A stretch of DNA of 51,829 nucleotides from Gammaproteobacteria bacterium (GTDB taxonomy: Bacteria; Pseudomonadota; Gammaproteobacteria; JABXHR01). The DNA lies in the NCBI GenBank assembly GCA_013373515.1, contig JABXHR010000006.1, positions 1 to 51,829 of the forward strand. The letters run 5' to 3'. The notes under the pieces are model-generated. The model searched no databases. It was given only the letters and a program-made list of their open reading frames with translations, and was not told the DNA's origin. How positions within the stretch are numbered: position 1 is the stretch's first letter; the number at the start of each line of letters is the position of its first letter. Shown here piece after piece: positions 10,210 to 20,640 of the stretch. Made by a program: the position numbers and the translations under genes.

Positions 10210-10939
10210 GCATCAGCTCCGATGCACTCAATCCAGCAAGATTGGTACGTGTTGCATCTGCACCAAATTCAATCAAACGCTCGACCAACTCACCATGATT
10301 GCGGATGGCGGCATGAATTACCGCAGTATTGCCATCAAAATCAGCAAAATCTAAATCGCTTCCTCCGAAAGACAATAGAGCATCTAGCACCGCAACATCG
10401 CCCGAGATCGCAGCCCAGATCAGGGCATTTCGCCCCGCAGCGTCGGTTATGATTGGATCTGCACCACTGTCCAAAAGCGTATCGACCAGCTCGGCATGCC
10501 CACTGGCTACCGCAACCATTAGCACGGATTCGCCGAGCCCATTGGTCACATTAATATCGATTCCCCGTCCAATTAGCCATCCCATGATATCGGCATTGCC
10601 AGCTCGGGCCGCATAATGTGCAGCACTCATACCATCATAAGCTCGGAGGTTGACGTTGATACCGCGTGCGATCAAGCGTTGAGTCAAGTTGAGATTTGCA
10701 CGCGCGAGCGACACCATGATGGCCGAATTACCGTAGTGATCCGTGTAATTCACATCGAACTCACCGGGCAATTCATCCAAAATATGGTCTAGTTTTTCGG
10801 CATCGAAGCTGCTGATTGCATCGACCCATTCTTGGGTCAAAGGATTGTCATGTGTATGGTCCATTATTTCTGCGTTGACCTGTCCACATAACAAAACCGA
10901 AAGCAATCCAGCCCCGAGTACATGTCCCCAAGGCACCAC
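10199..10939 (-). CDS. Exported ankyrin-repeat protein
   Basis: About five G-x-[ST]-A-L-x-x-A ankyrin repeats; signal-like N-terminus; GTG 10939 with AAGGAG RBS. Confidence 0.88.
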   Translation of the reverse strand: MVPWGHVLGAGLLSVLLCGQVNAEIMDHTHDNPLTQEWVDAISSFDAEKLDHILDELPGEFDVNYTDHYGNSAIMVSLARANLNLTQRLIARGINVNLRAYDGMSAAHYAARAGNADIMGWLIGRGIDINVTNGLGESVLMVAVASGHAELVDTLLDSGADPIITDAAGRNALIWAAISGDVAVLDALLSFGGSDLDFADFDGNTAVIHAAIRNHGELVERLIEFGADATRTNLAGLSASELMLAY

Positions 10940-11169
10940 ATTGTCTCCTTTGCAGCGATCCCACACGCCACTCTGTTGCAAATATGCCACACATTATTGG
11001 CATATGTTGCATTTTTACACAGTGAATTTAGAGCAATCACCTAGAAAAGACGTATAGACAAGCAACAGTAGACCATTTTGGACGGCACGCCTCGACGAAC
11101 CGTGTTTTTTAAGGCAATGGAGACTATTGAAGCGTTGCCAAATCTGAGAATTTGGCGAGAACAATTGAC

Positions 11170-12444
11170 TTAGAACAGGTGATTTAGTGCCGCCATCGGC
11201 TGGACTTCAACCCAGTCCCCGATGTCGACATGCCCTTGCTCGGGCGGTAAGATCAGCAGGCAGTCGGCCTCGGCGACAGAGCTCAAACGCCCTGCCCCTT
11301 GTTTGCCAGCCAAAAATACGGCCATTTGGCCGTTGTCTTGGCGCAATTTGCCGCGCTGATACTCGGTGCGACCCACCAACTTTCTGAACTTCTGTCCCGC
11401 GCGTACGGCAAATGTCGTGGGCAGCGTCTGAGACGCCTCCAACATCGACAAAATGGTGGGCTGCACAAATTGATAGAAGGTCACAGCCACAGCAACCGGA
11501 TTACCTGGCAGAGCGAAGCATAAGCAGCCATTGACCAACCCGACGCCCAGTGGCCTGCCGGGACGCAGCGCGATTCGCCAAAATGCCACTTGTCCGAGTT
11601 CATGCAAAGACTTGGATACAAAATCGGCATCGCTCGCCGAGGCACCACCAGTGGTGACCACCACATCAGCCCATTCAGTCGCCGCACTCAGCGCGTCTGC
11701 CGTGGCTTTGGCGGAATCGGCGACCAAACCAAAATCACGCGTCTCCACCGGCAGCTGAGACAGCAAATGTTTGAGCGTATGACGATTGCTGTCGAAGATT
11801 TGCCCCTCTTGCAGCGGCGCACCACTGTCAACCGGAACCAACTCGTCGCCTGTGGATAAAAACGCCACCTTGGGCAGCGCTTTGACTGAAACCTCTCGAA
11901 TGCCAAGCGAAGCCAAAAGCCCCGCATGCGCGGCGTTTAAGCGTGTGCCTTTGGCGATAACAATGTCGCCAACCATGAGATCTTCGCCAGCGGCGCGGAC
12001 GTTGCGATAGGCCTCCGTATCATCGCCAAAGTGCAGAACATCACCCTCTCGACGACAATGCTCATTGATGACAACCGTATCCGCCCCTGCTGGCATTTTC
12101 GCGCCAGTGAGCACTTGAACGCACTCGCCTGCATTGACACTTCCGGTGTAAGGCTGACCTGCTTTGGCAACGCCGACTAGGGCCAGTTGTTGTCGACCAC
12201 CCGGCGCCGGCAAATCGGACGCGCGTATGGCGTAGCCATCCATCGCCGCGTTGTCATGCGGTGGAACATTTGTCTCGCAAATCACATTGTCCGCGGCGAT
12301 TCGTCCATAAACATCATCTAGATCAGCTGTCTCGACAGCCGATATCTTTGTCACAATCTCTGCCAAGCGTTCACGCGCCCGTTCAACGGGAACGAGGTCG
12401 CTAAAATCAAGATCCTGACACGACGGCCCGCGAAACTCTGACAC
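11170..12444 (-). CDS. moeA: Molybdopterin molybdenumtransferase
   Basis: NAAMDGYA, STGDEL, IFDSNR, TTGG, LPGNPVA; GTG start overlaps the gshA stop. Confidence 0.95.
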   Translation of the reverse strand: MSEFRGPSCQDLDFSDLVPVERARERLAEIVTKISAVETADLDDVYGRIAADNVICETNVPPHDNAAMDGYAIRASDLPAPGGRQQLALVGVAKAGQPYTGSVNAGECVQVLTGAKMPAGADTVVINEHCRREGDVLHFGDDTEAYRNVRAAGEDLMVGDIVIAKGTRLNAAHAGLLASLGIREVSVKALPKVAFLSTGDELVPVDSGAPLQEGQIFDSNRHTLKHLLSQLPVETRDFGLVADSAKATADALSAATEWADVVVTTGGASASDADFVSKSLHELGQVAFWRIALRPGRPLGVGLVNGCLCFALPGNPVAVAVTFYQFVQPTILSMLEASQTLPTTFAVRAGQKFRKLVGRTEYQRGKLRQDNGQMAVFLAGKQGAGRLSSVAEADCLLILPPEQGHVDIGDWVEVQPMAALNHLF

Positions 12445-13994
12445 TAAACCTGCTCCCAAGTTCGGGTGTAGTCTTCAATGATTTGGTTCAGCATACGGCC
12501 GTCAGTTTGCTCTGCGGCCTCTAGGCTCTGGGCAGCCTCGGTACGCAGCGCATCGAGGCGCTCTGGATCGAGTGGAGCACTCAAGGCGTTTTGCTGATGC
12601 TGCTTTGCCATCGCCATCACTTTGCAGAAGAAACCATCGCTACCCATCTCCTCCAGCCACTTGGCCGACAGAGGCTCAGCACGGCCTTCAAGCACATCAA
12701 TCACGCACTGCTCAACCGCTTCAACATGTGAGTCACCTAGACACTTAGCCACCGCCAGCAACTGCTGCCCGATATATTTGGCCCACACATTCAAACCCAT
12801 AATGCCGCAGGGTGTTTTGAGTTCGACGTTGGCTTTGCGGCCATAATGCGCAACCTGACGCCAATTGTCCTCAATGACGGCATGTTCATCACTGCTGATT
12901 TCGTCCAACTCATCGAGGGCAGCCAACCAAACCAAGCACTCAATCACTTTGAGCGCTTGAGGATCGACGCCAGTTAAAAACCACGGATTGACATCTAGCG
13001 AGCGAACTTCCAAATATTCAACTCCGCGACGCTTGAGCGCCAGTAAAGGTGTCTCGCCCGATTTTACCGGCTGCTTGGGACGAACCGAGGCGTAGTATTC
13101 GTTTTCAATTTGCAGATGATTGGCCGACAGCTGTCTCGGCCCTTCGGGCCCCTCAAGCCCAATCACTTCAAAGTCCTCACGCGGCGTGCTGACTGCCCAT
13201 TTCAGACTTTGGATGTAATCCTCGATTGAGCTGTAATTGGCCTTAAAGGAGTATCCACGCTTATCAGCGTTGTTGTAACCCATATCACCCAGACGCAAAC
13301 TGGTGGCGTCCGGCCCCACCAAAGTGGTGCCATTTTGCAGCATCAGTGCCGTCGCACGGCCTCTGGCCATTGAGCGACAGGCCGCCGGAGAGCTGCCAAA
13401 TAGATACGGCACCATCCAACCAATACGCTGCAAGTTTCGCAGCGCCACAAAGTAACCAGTGTTGCGAGCCTCATCAGCAGGTAGATCTGGATACAGCCGT
13501 TGCCAGGCTTCACTCGGCAAAGACATATTAAAGTGTACCCCTGAGATCACCTGCATGGTGCGGCCATAGCGGTGGGCCAAACCGACACGGTAGAGATGCT
13601 TGAACTGCCCAATACCGCTATCGCCATACTCGGCAATCGGGATGTTCGCCTCGTCGCCAAGCACGCAGGGCATGCTATGTGGCCAGAGCGTCTCGTCACC
13701 AATATTTTGGTAGACAAAGCGCGTTAGTTCATCAAGCTGCGCCACAGCACTGTCGACGGAGTCATGCGGGTCGGTTACAAGCTCGAGCATCGGCTCAGCG
13801 TAATCGGTCATGATGTGAGCGTGTGTAAGGGTTGCGCCCAGTGATTTTGGGTGCCTCTGCGCTGACATGCCACCGGTTTCAGTGACTCGCAGTGTCTCGC
13901 GCTCGATGCCAATTTTTCCACCCCGAGGCAGCATTTTGTCGCCGGCCAACAGCATCGACAAGCGTTGTTCAAAGGTTGTCTCGAGATGATTCAT
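12444..13994 (-). CDS. gshA: Glutamate-cysteine ligase
   Basis: GIERETLRV, ISGVHFN, ATSLRL, LQIENEYY, YLEVRSLDVNP. Confidence 0.95.
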   Translation of the reverse strand: MNHLETTFEQRLSMLLAGDKMLPRGGKIGIERETLRVTETGGMSAQRHPKSLGATLTHAHIMTDYAEPMLELVTDPHDSVDSAVAQLDELTRFVYQNIGDETLWPHSMPCVLGDEANIPIAEYGDSGIGQFKHLYRVGLAHRYGRTMQVISGVHFNMSLPSEAWQRLYPDLPADEARNTGYFVALRNLQRIGWMVPYLFGSSPAACRSMARGRATALMLQNGTTLVGPDATSLRLGDMGYNNADKRGYSFKANYSSIEDYIQSLKWAVSTPREDFEVIGLEGPEGPRQLSANHLQIENEYYASVRPKQPVKSGETPLLALKRRGVEYLEVRSLDVNPWFLTGVDPQALKVIECLVWLAALDELDEISSDEHAVIEDNWRQVAHYGRKANVELKTPCGIMGLNVWAKYIGQQLLAVAKCLGDSHVEAVEQCVIDVLEGRAEPLSAKWLEEMGSDGFFCKVMAMAKQHQQNALSAPLDPERLDALRTEAAQSLEAAEQTDGRMLNQIIEDYTRTWEQV

Positions 13995-14869
13995 TTAGTT
14001 GATTGCCTTTGCGTATCCACGGTGTACAACACGAGTGCACACCAAATTAATCCAAATGCCAGCCATGTCAAAGGTTCGATAACTTCGTTATAAACCCGCC
14101 AGCCAATCAAAAATTGCATTACCGGCGTAATATAAACCAGCATACCTGACAGACTCAGCGGCAAACGTCGCGCCCCATTGCCAAACAGCATCAACGGCAC
14201 CGCGGTCACCACACCGCCGAGCACCAATAATAGATCTGTTCGCATATCAAGTTGACCGAGCACCAGCGTGTCGCCCTGCCATAGCTTGGCAAGGTAAAGC
14301 AGTGCAATGGGGGCAATTATCAAACTTTCAACAAACAGACCGCTGATCGGGCCAGTGCTGGCCGCTTTACGAAGCGAACCGTAGATGGCAAAACTAAACC
14401 CAAGGCTCAAGCCAATTACGGGAAACACGCCCGCCATCAACACTAAAATCAGCACCGCTGCCACCGCCATGGCCACGGCCGTCATGCGCCAAGCACTGAG
14501 TCGTTCACGATAAAAAATTGCCCCGAGCGCGACGCTAATCAGCGGCGACATAAAATAGCCAAAGCTCGCATCCACGACACGGTCAACCGACACCGCATAT
14601 ATGTACACGCCCCAATTAATGGCAATGAGCACACCGGCAACGCCGTGAATCAACCATTGTCGAGGCGACCCCAAAGCCTCACTCACTGTGCTTCGACGGT
14701 TGGTTGAAATCATCACAACCGCTGCCAAAAAAACCAAGCACCACAAATTACGATGACTCAGCACCTCCAGTGAGGGAACATGCGATACTTGCTTCCAATA
14801 TAGGGGAAATAGCCCCCACAGCAGCTGGGCAGCGACCGCGCTGGTAATGCCAATACGAAAAGAATTCAA
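13991..14869 (-). CDS. rarD: RarD/EamA family transporter
   Basis: LWGLFPLYWK, EVLSHR, INWGVYIYAV, SFGYFMSPL; start (TTG 14869) uncertain. Confidence 0.9.
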   Translation of the reverse strand: MNSFRIGITSAVAAQLLWGLFPLYWKQVSHVPSLEVLSHRNLWCLVFLAAVVMISTNRRSTVSEALGSPRQWLIHGVAGVLIAINWGVYIYAVSVDRVVDASFGYFMSPLISVALGAIFYRERLSAWRMTAVAMAVAAVLILVLMAGVFPVIGLSLGFSFAIYGSLRKAASTGPISGLFVESLIIAPIALLYLAKLWQGDTLVLGQLDMRTDLLLVLGGVVTAVPLMLFGNGARRLPLSLSGMLVYITPVMQFLIGWRVYNEVIEPLTWLAFGLIWCALVLYTVDTQRQSTK

Positions 14870-14892
14870 CAGGGGCTCAGACGTTAACAAAG

Positions 14893-15657
14893 ATGGCAAT
14901 TTACTACGAAATACTGGGTGGCGATAGCCAAAGCACGCCGCTGATCACCCTACATGGCTTATTTGGCAGTTGGGATAATTTAGGGGTTGTCGCCAAAAGC
15001 CTTGCGGCTTCACGCAAGGTGTACGCTCTTGACTTACCAAACCATGGCCGCTCGGCGCACACGACCAAGATAAGTTACCCACAGCTAGCCGCCACGATCT
15101 GCCAATGGATGGATGAGCGCGATCTGCACACTATCAACCTTGTGGGTCATTCGATGGGCGGCAAAGTGGCCATGGCGATCGCACTGACCCACCCAAATCG
15201 AGTGAAAAAACTCTGTGTAATCGATATCGCGCCCAAGCGTTACTCACCATCTCATCAAGCCATTTTTCAAGCCATGCACGATATTGTCACCGCGAATCCG
15301 AGCACGCGCAGCGAAGCAGATAAGCTAATGCAGCGGTATGTTGAGGATTCAACGGTTAGAAGTTTTTTGCTGAAGAACTGGGTTCGTCAGGACAATGGCT
15401 TTGCATGGCGACACAACCTAAGCACACTCGAGTCACACTACGACGACATCCTTGATTGGCCAATTGAAGGACGCTTTGAAGGCGATACACTGTTTATCAA
15501 AGGCGGGCTGTCTCCCTACATTAGCCACGAGGATCAACCGCTTATTGCGGCGCAATTCCCAAACGCCAAGGCAAAAATTATCGAGGGCACTGAGCACTGG
15601 CCACATGCCCAAAAACCGGCGTTAACAGTCGGTATAATCGAGCGGTTTCTAGCTTAG
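14893..15657 (+). CDS. ybfF: YbfF-like alpha/beta hydrolase (esterase)
   Basis: HGLFGS, DLPNHG, GHSMGGK, DIAP, C-terminal HW. Confidence 0.85.
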   Translation: MAIYYEILGGDSQSTPLITLHGLFGSWDNLGVVAKSLAASRKVYALDLPNHGRSAHTTKISYPQLAATICQWMDERDLHTINLVGHSMGGKVAMAIALTHPNRVKKLCVIDIAPKRYSPSHQAIFQAMHDIVTANPSTRSEADKLMQRYVEDSTVRSFLLKNWVRQDNGFAWRHNLSTLESHYDDILDWPIEGRFEGDTLFIKGGLSPYISHEDQPLIAAQFPNAKAKIIEGTEHWPHAQKPALTVGIIERFLA

Positions 15658-16517
15658 AAATCGCGCCCAATCGCCACGTTATCAATCAACCGTGCATTGC
15701 CCATATGCACTGCGACCAATATCACAAGATCTTCTACTGAAGTGTTGTCACTGGGTAAATCAAGATTTCGCCGTTCACGCACGGTGAAATAGTCGGTCAC
15801 GAAGCCAGCCCCATTGAGCAGTGCACGCGCCTCGGCCTCCAACACGCCATATGCTCGATCGCCATCAATAATCGCCTGCGCGGTGTTTGAGAGCGTTTGG
15901 TGAATGAGGCTCGCTTGATCGCGTTCCGTTTGCGTCAATCGACTATTGCGCGAACTCATGGCCAAGCCGTTGTCTTCGCGCACGATTGCAGCGCCCTCAA
16001 TACGCACTGGCAAACACAGATCCTCAACCATATGGCGAATGATCATTAGCTGCTGAAAATCCTTCTCGCCAAAGACCGCCACATCTGGTTTGACGATACC
16101 AAAAAGTTTGGCCACCACCGTGGAGACACCGTCAAAGTGTCCGGGACGGTGCGCACCACAGAGCACTTCGCTAATGACCGGCACACTGACCTTGGTCGAG
16201 CGCGCCAATCCATCAGGATATAACACCTTATCATCGGGCAAAAAGACGCCATCCACTTGCATAGAGACGAGCTTTTCCAAATCTTCTTGTAAGGTGCGCG
16301 GGTAAGTCTGCAAATCAGCTTCTTGGTCAAACTGCATTGGATTGACGTAGATACTGACAATCACAATATCGGCCAATTCACGAGCTCGCGACATCAAGCT
16401 CAAATGCCCTTGATGCAGATTGCCCATGGTTGGCACGAAGCCAATTACCTTGCCAGCGGCACGTTGTTCGCTGACGTACTGCATCATCGCAGCGCGGCTT
16501 TCGAATGTTGGAATCAA
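15654..16517 (-). CDS. panC: Pantoate-beta-alanine ligase
   Basis: VPTMGNLHQGH, RPGHF, FGEKDFQQ, GLAMSSRN, RLIDN. Confidence 0.97.
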   Translation of the reverse strand: MIPTFESRAAMMQYVSEQRAAGKVIGFVPTMGNLHQGHLSLMSRARELADIVIVSIYVNPMQFDQEADLQTYPRTLQEDLEKLVSMQVDGVFLPDDKVLYPDGLARSTKVSVPVISEVLCGAHRPGHFDGVSTVVAKLFGIVKPDVAVFGEKDFQQLMIIRHMVEDLCLPVRIEGAAIVREDNGLAMSSRNSRLTQTERDQASLIHQTLSNTAQAIIDGDRAYGVLEAEARALLNGAGFVTDYFTVRERRNLDLPSDNTSVEDLVILVAVHMGNARLIDNVAIGRDF

Positions 16518-17326
16518 AAGGTGTGCTCCTCAGCGGGGAATGCCATCGATTTGACTTCATCCACATACTGCTTGATGGCGCCATGTATACCACTGGCTTC
16601 AGCGATGTAATTTTTGGAAAAACGGGTGCGTTTACCCGGTGCAATATCCAAAATATCGTAAAGCACTAAAATTTGCCCATCGACATCCGCTCCAGCACCA
16701 ATGCCGATGACCGGCACACCGCTTTCTGAGGTGATCTGCGCCGCCAAGTCTTTGGGTACGCACTCAAGGAGTAGCATGTCAGCCCCCGCCTCGACCAGCG
16801 CTTTGGCGTCCTGGCGCATGCGCTCGGCCGTATCCTGGTCGCGTCCTTGCACCCGATAGCCACCAATTTTGAAATAGCTTTGCGGCGTCAACCCCAAATG
16901 TGCACACACAGGAATGCCACACTCACTGAGACGGCCCACTGTCTCTAGCTGTAATTCGCCCCACTCGAGCTTGACGATTTCCGCCATGCCCTCTTTCATC
17001 AATCGCGCTGCATTTTTAAGTGCGTCGGTCGGTGTGGCATAACTCATGAACGGCATATCCACCATCAGCATGCTGCGGCTCAAGCCTCGTGCCACCATTT
17101 TGCTGTGATAAATCAATTCATCCATGCTCACCGGAATGGTCGTCGACAAGCCTTGAACCACCATGCCGAGCGAATCACCGACCAAGGTAATATCGACACC
17201 CTGACGATCGACCGCCGCCGCAAACGCCGCATCATAAGCCGTCAGGCAAGCAAACTTTTCGCACTCAGCTTTCATTTTTTGAATATGACGTAAAGTCAAT
17301 TTTGAGACTTCGTTGTGGGCGCTCAC
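16514..17326 (-). CDS. panB: 3-methyl-2-oxobutanoate hydroxymethyltransferase
   Basis: LTAYDA, LVGDSLG, DMPFMSY, HLGLTPQ, IGIGAG. Confidence 0.97.
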   Translation of the reverse strand: MSAHNEVSKLTLRHIQKMKAECEKFACLTAYDAAFAAAVDRQGVDITLVGDSLGMVVQGLSTTIPVSMDELIYHSKMVARGLSRSMLMVDMPFMSYATPTDALKNAARLMKEGMAEIVKLEWGELQLETVGRLSECGIPVCAHLGLTPQSYFKIGGYRVQGRDQDTAERMRQDAKALVEAGADMLLLECVPKDLAAQITSESGVPVIGIGAGADVDGQILVLYDILDIAPGKRTRFSKNYIAEASGIHGAIKQYVDEVKSMAFPAEEHTF

Positions 17327-17519
17327 GTGCCGCTCCTCGCTGGAATTGCGCTAACTATACGAAAAAAAAAGTGAATTCGACACTGACGTTTTGTGCATCA
17401 ACAGGGACGACTGCATAGAGACCAAGTCGCCAAAGCGAGCACTCCTTTTTTTCAAACGCCCTTTAACCCAGCACTCAATCCGCTATACTGCCGCTTTTGA
17501 ACCAACGTTTATCAAGATC

Positions 17520-18068
17520 ATGGCTGAATCATTACGCGATCAACTCCTAAAAATGGGAATCGCCAACGAGGAGCACGTCAAACGTGCCGACGCTGCCAAG
17601 AACAAGCCGAAGGGCAATCCCAAAAAGAATACGGGGCCCAAAGGCAAACGTCAGGAGCAAAAAACCAAACCTGCGGCCAAAGCGACGAAACCCGCCAAGC
17701 CTGCTGTCAGCGCTGAAGATGCCGCAGCACTCGAAAAGAAGCGCGAGATCAAAGCTCAAATCAAAGCGTTGATCGAAGCCAATCAAATTGCAGATTTTCG
17801 CGGCGAAACCCCGTTTTATTACCGCGTCGGCGAGCGTATCCGCCAAATTTTGTTGGCTGAAAACATCCGCGATGGCATCGTCAAAGGCGAGATGGTGATC
17901 ACCCGCCTCAACCGCGCAACCTTTGTGATTCCCACTGAAATTGCCGAGCAAGTGCTTGCCATCAACACCGAATGGTTGATCGTCAAGCACACCCCTGGTG
18001 AAGAACAGCCCAACCCGGCAGACGACCCATACGCAGGATTTGAGGTGCCAGACGACCTCGTCTGGTAG
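17520..18068 (+). CDS. DUF2058/YaiL family protein
   Basis: SLRDQLLKMG start and DDPY..FEVPDDLVW end, typical of the family. Confidence 0.85.
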   Translation: MAESLRDQLLKMGIANEEHVKRADAAKNKPKGNPKKNTGPKGKRQEQKTKPAAKATKPAKPAVSAEDAAALEKKREIKAQIKALIEANQIADFRGETPFYYRVGERIRQILLAENIRDGIVKGEMVITRLNRATFVIPTEIAEQVLAINTEWLIVKHTPGEEQPNPADDPYAGFEVPDDLVW

Positions 18069-18072
18069 GCGC

Positions 18073-19476
18073 GTGAGTCAGAGCTTTTTTTGGTACGACT
18101 TAGAGACCTTCGGTCGCGACCCACGCTTCGATCGCATTGCCCAGTTTGCGGGTATTCGCACTGATCTAGATCTCAACATCATCGACGACCCTGTCGAATT
18201 GTTTTGCAGACCAAGCCCAGATTATCTGCCCGATCCGGTCGCATGCACCATTACCGGCATCACACCGCAACACTGCTTAGAAGTCGGTATGAGCGAAGCC
18301 GATTTCGCCGAACGCATTGCGCGCGAACTATCCCAGCCCGGAACCTGCACCGTGGGTTTCAATAGCTTGCGCTTTGATGACGAATTTATCCGTAATCTGT
18401 TTTACAAGAACCTTCTCGATCCCTACGCCCGCGAATGGCAAAACCAAAACAGCCGCTGGGATTTATTAGATGTGGTTCGGGCGTTCAGAGCCCTGCGTCC
18501 GGGCGATATTGTCTGGCCAACCACCGAGGACGGTCGCCCCAGCAACAAACTAGAGTTGCTCTCTGCGGCAAACGGATTGGCACACGATCATGCGCATGAC
18601 GCAGTCAGCGATGTGATTGCCACCATTGAGGTGGCCAAACGCCTAAAACAATCCTCGCCCAAATTATTTGATTACGCGTTTAAGTTGCGCGACAAGCGCG
18701 TGGTGACGGAGATGATGGAGCAATCCTATGGTCGGTTGCTACTTCATGTTTCGGGCCGAGCACCGGCGGCACGCGAGCACACCACCCTCATCAGCCCAAT
18801 TTGCCCGCACCCCTCAGGCCAAGGCGCATGGATTGTGGCCGATGTCTGTGCCGCCCCACAAAGCTGGTGGCATGACGACCCCGAGGTACTGCGCAGTCGA
18901 CTCTATGCAAAAGCCGAGGCACTTGGCGATAGCCCGCGGCCACCAATCAAAGTCCTGCGCGCGAATCGCTGCCCGTTTATCGCTACCCCAAAAGTACTCG
19001 GTGAGCGTGCACAAACACTTGGCATTGATTTGGCCGCCGCAGAATCAAACCTCAATGCATTGCTCGCGCTAAACCCTACCCAATGCCTATCGACAGTCTT
19101 CGATGACCCACCACACAATTCATCGGGAGATGTCGATAGCCGTCTATATGGTGGTTTTATTGGCAAGCGTGATCGGGCGGCGCTGGAGTCAGTGCGCGAA
19201 GCGCTGCTGTTTGAGCCCGTCGATGTCACCTTTGACGACCCTCGCCTCCCAGAGTTAATTTTTCGCTACCGCGCCAAAAACGCACCCGAAATGCTGGGTG
19301 AGCAAGAAATGCAGCGCTGGATGCAACACTGCATAGACAAGCTCAATGGCGACAAGCCCAGCAACCTCACCCTGTGCCAATTCGACGACATTTTGTCGAC
19401 ACTCGACCCGACCGAAAATATTGCAAAAAGCTTAGGTGACTATCGAAACGCACTATGCGAACATTTGGGCTTATGA
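18073..19476 (+). CDS. sbcB: Exodeoxyribonuclease I
   Basis: YDLETFG, AQFAGIRTD, RFDDE, AHDAVSDV, LYGGF, FRYRAKN. Confidence 0.95.
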   Translation: MSQSFFWYDLETFGRDPRFDRIAQFAGIRTDLDLNIIDDPVELFCRPSPDYLPDPVACTITGITPQHCLEVGMSEADFAERIARELSQPGTCTVGFNSLRFDDEFIRNLFYKNLLDPYAREWQNQNSRWDLLDVVRAFRALRPGDIVWPTTEDGRPSNKLELLSAANGLAHDHAHDAVSDVIATIEVAKRLKQSSPKLFDYAFKLRDKRVVTEMMEQSYGRLLLHVSGRAPAAREHTTLISPICPHPSGQGAWIVADVCAAPQSWWHDDPEVLRSRLYAKAEALGDSPRPPIKVLRANRCPFIATPKVLGERAQTLGIDLAAAESNLNALLALNPTQCLSTVFDDPPHNSSGDVDSRLYGGFIGKRDRAALESVREALLFEPVDVTFDDPRLPELIFRYRAKNAPEMLGEQEMQRWMQHCIDKLNGDKPSNLTLCQFDDILSTLDPTENIAKSLGDYRNALCEHLGL

Positions 19477-20234
19477 ACTCATCGAATTCTTTGCGCTGCT
19501 TTATATCGACGCTAAGCGACTGCGGGTATCTCGCAGATCGCCAGCAGCGCAATTTGGTGGTTGATCCAACCAACCGGCCCTCCGCTGCGGCTTACGAGTA
19601 CCTGGCGCCGCAAGGATTTCGCCGCAACGGCAACCACCTTTACCGCCCCTATTGTCCATCGTGCCAAGCCTGCACACCCGTGCGGATTGTGCTTGATCAT
19701 TTCGTGCCGAGTCGTTCACACAAGCGCAATCTCAAGCGCAACAGTGACCTGAATGTGGCCTTTGAGGCCACATCGTCAGAAGATGAGTTTTACGAACTCT
19801 TTATTCGCTATATCCAGTCCCGTCACGATGAATCCTCAATGAAAGATATGAGTCGCGAGGATTACCGCGCATTTTTGTTTTGCGACTGGATGGGGACACG
19901 ACTGTTGACCACGCGCCTTAATGGCGAGCTGATGAGTGCCACCTTGGTCGACTTCATGCCGCATGGCTTCTCTGCGGTTTACACCTTCTACAAGCCCGAG
20001 GAATCCGCCCGTGGCCTCGGCACCTTCGCCATCCTAAAGATGCTAGAACAGGCCCAAGAGATGGGGCTGCACTACGTGAACTTGGGCTATTGGATCGAGC
20101 AAGCCCCGACCATGAGCTATAAAACCCGTTTCAAAGGAGTTGAGCTAGCCTTCGACGGCCGCTGGGAGCCCTTCGATCCAAACAGACAATACACGCCCGA
20201 CCTGACCACTCAGCAGCTCTCCCCTGAACAATAA
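19473..20234 (+). CDS. bpt: Bpt/ATE-family aminoacyl-tRNA protein transferase
   Basis: CGYL, GFRRNG, YRPYC..C.AC, SAVYTFY, LGYWI, MSYK. Confidence 0.9.
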   Translation: MNSSNSLRCFISTLSDCGYLADRQQRNLVVDPTNRPSAAAYEYLAPQGFRRNGNHLYRPYCPSCQACTPVRIVLDHFVPSRSHKRNLKRNSDLNVAFEATSSEDEFYELFIRYIQSRHDESSMKDMSREDYRAFLFCDWMGTRLLTTRLNGELMSATLVDFMPHGFSAVYTFYKPEESARGLGTFAILKMLEQAQEMGLHYVNLGYWIEQAPTMSYKTRFKGVELAFDGRWEPFDPNRQYTPDLTTQQLSPEQ

Positions 20235-20261
20235 ACCGCGCCATCTGAGGTAAGCATCCGT

Positions 20262-20614
20262 ACCGGTCAATCGGTTAACGCCTAGTGGGAGTGCAAATAG
20301 TGCGCTGGCTGGGTGCGAGAATGGTCACTGACAACGAAGCCTATTGGGGTAATCGCATGGCAAGCCTAGCATTACGCCAATGGATCAAAGTGCTGTTTGC
20401 ACGCGAGACACTTGAACGCATTGGCTTGACCACGTGGAGCGGCAACCCCCGCATGATGGCACTCGCCGCCAAGCTCGGCTTTAAGCTAGAGGGCCAGCTT
20501 CGCAAAGTTCGTTATCACAACGGGCAATACTACGACGCCATCCGCTACGGTGTACTAAGATCAGAGTGGGCAGCACAAAATCAACCCATCGATCCAGCTG
20601 CCGATAACCAATAA
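20262..20614 (+). pseudogene. Degraded RimJ/RimL-type GNAT acetyltransferase
   Basis: C-terminal half intact (TTWSGNPRMM, LGFKLEG.LRK.R...G.YYD...YG.LR.EW); upstream frame reads SVNA*WECK* then shifts; N-terminus missing. Confidence 0.75.
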
Positions 20615-20640
20615 ACTCTCCGTACAACCCAGATCGGAAT

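Noticed and set aside
11081-11112. Plus-strand terminator implying a small RNA between the ankyrin gene and moeA
   Set aside because: Weak stem with a large loop; no supporting promoter
17327-17519. Riboswitch or pan RNA motif between panB and the DUF2058 gene
   Set aside because: Only a 5-bp stem and a T-run; no recognisable motif
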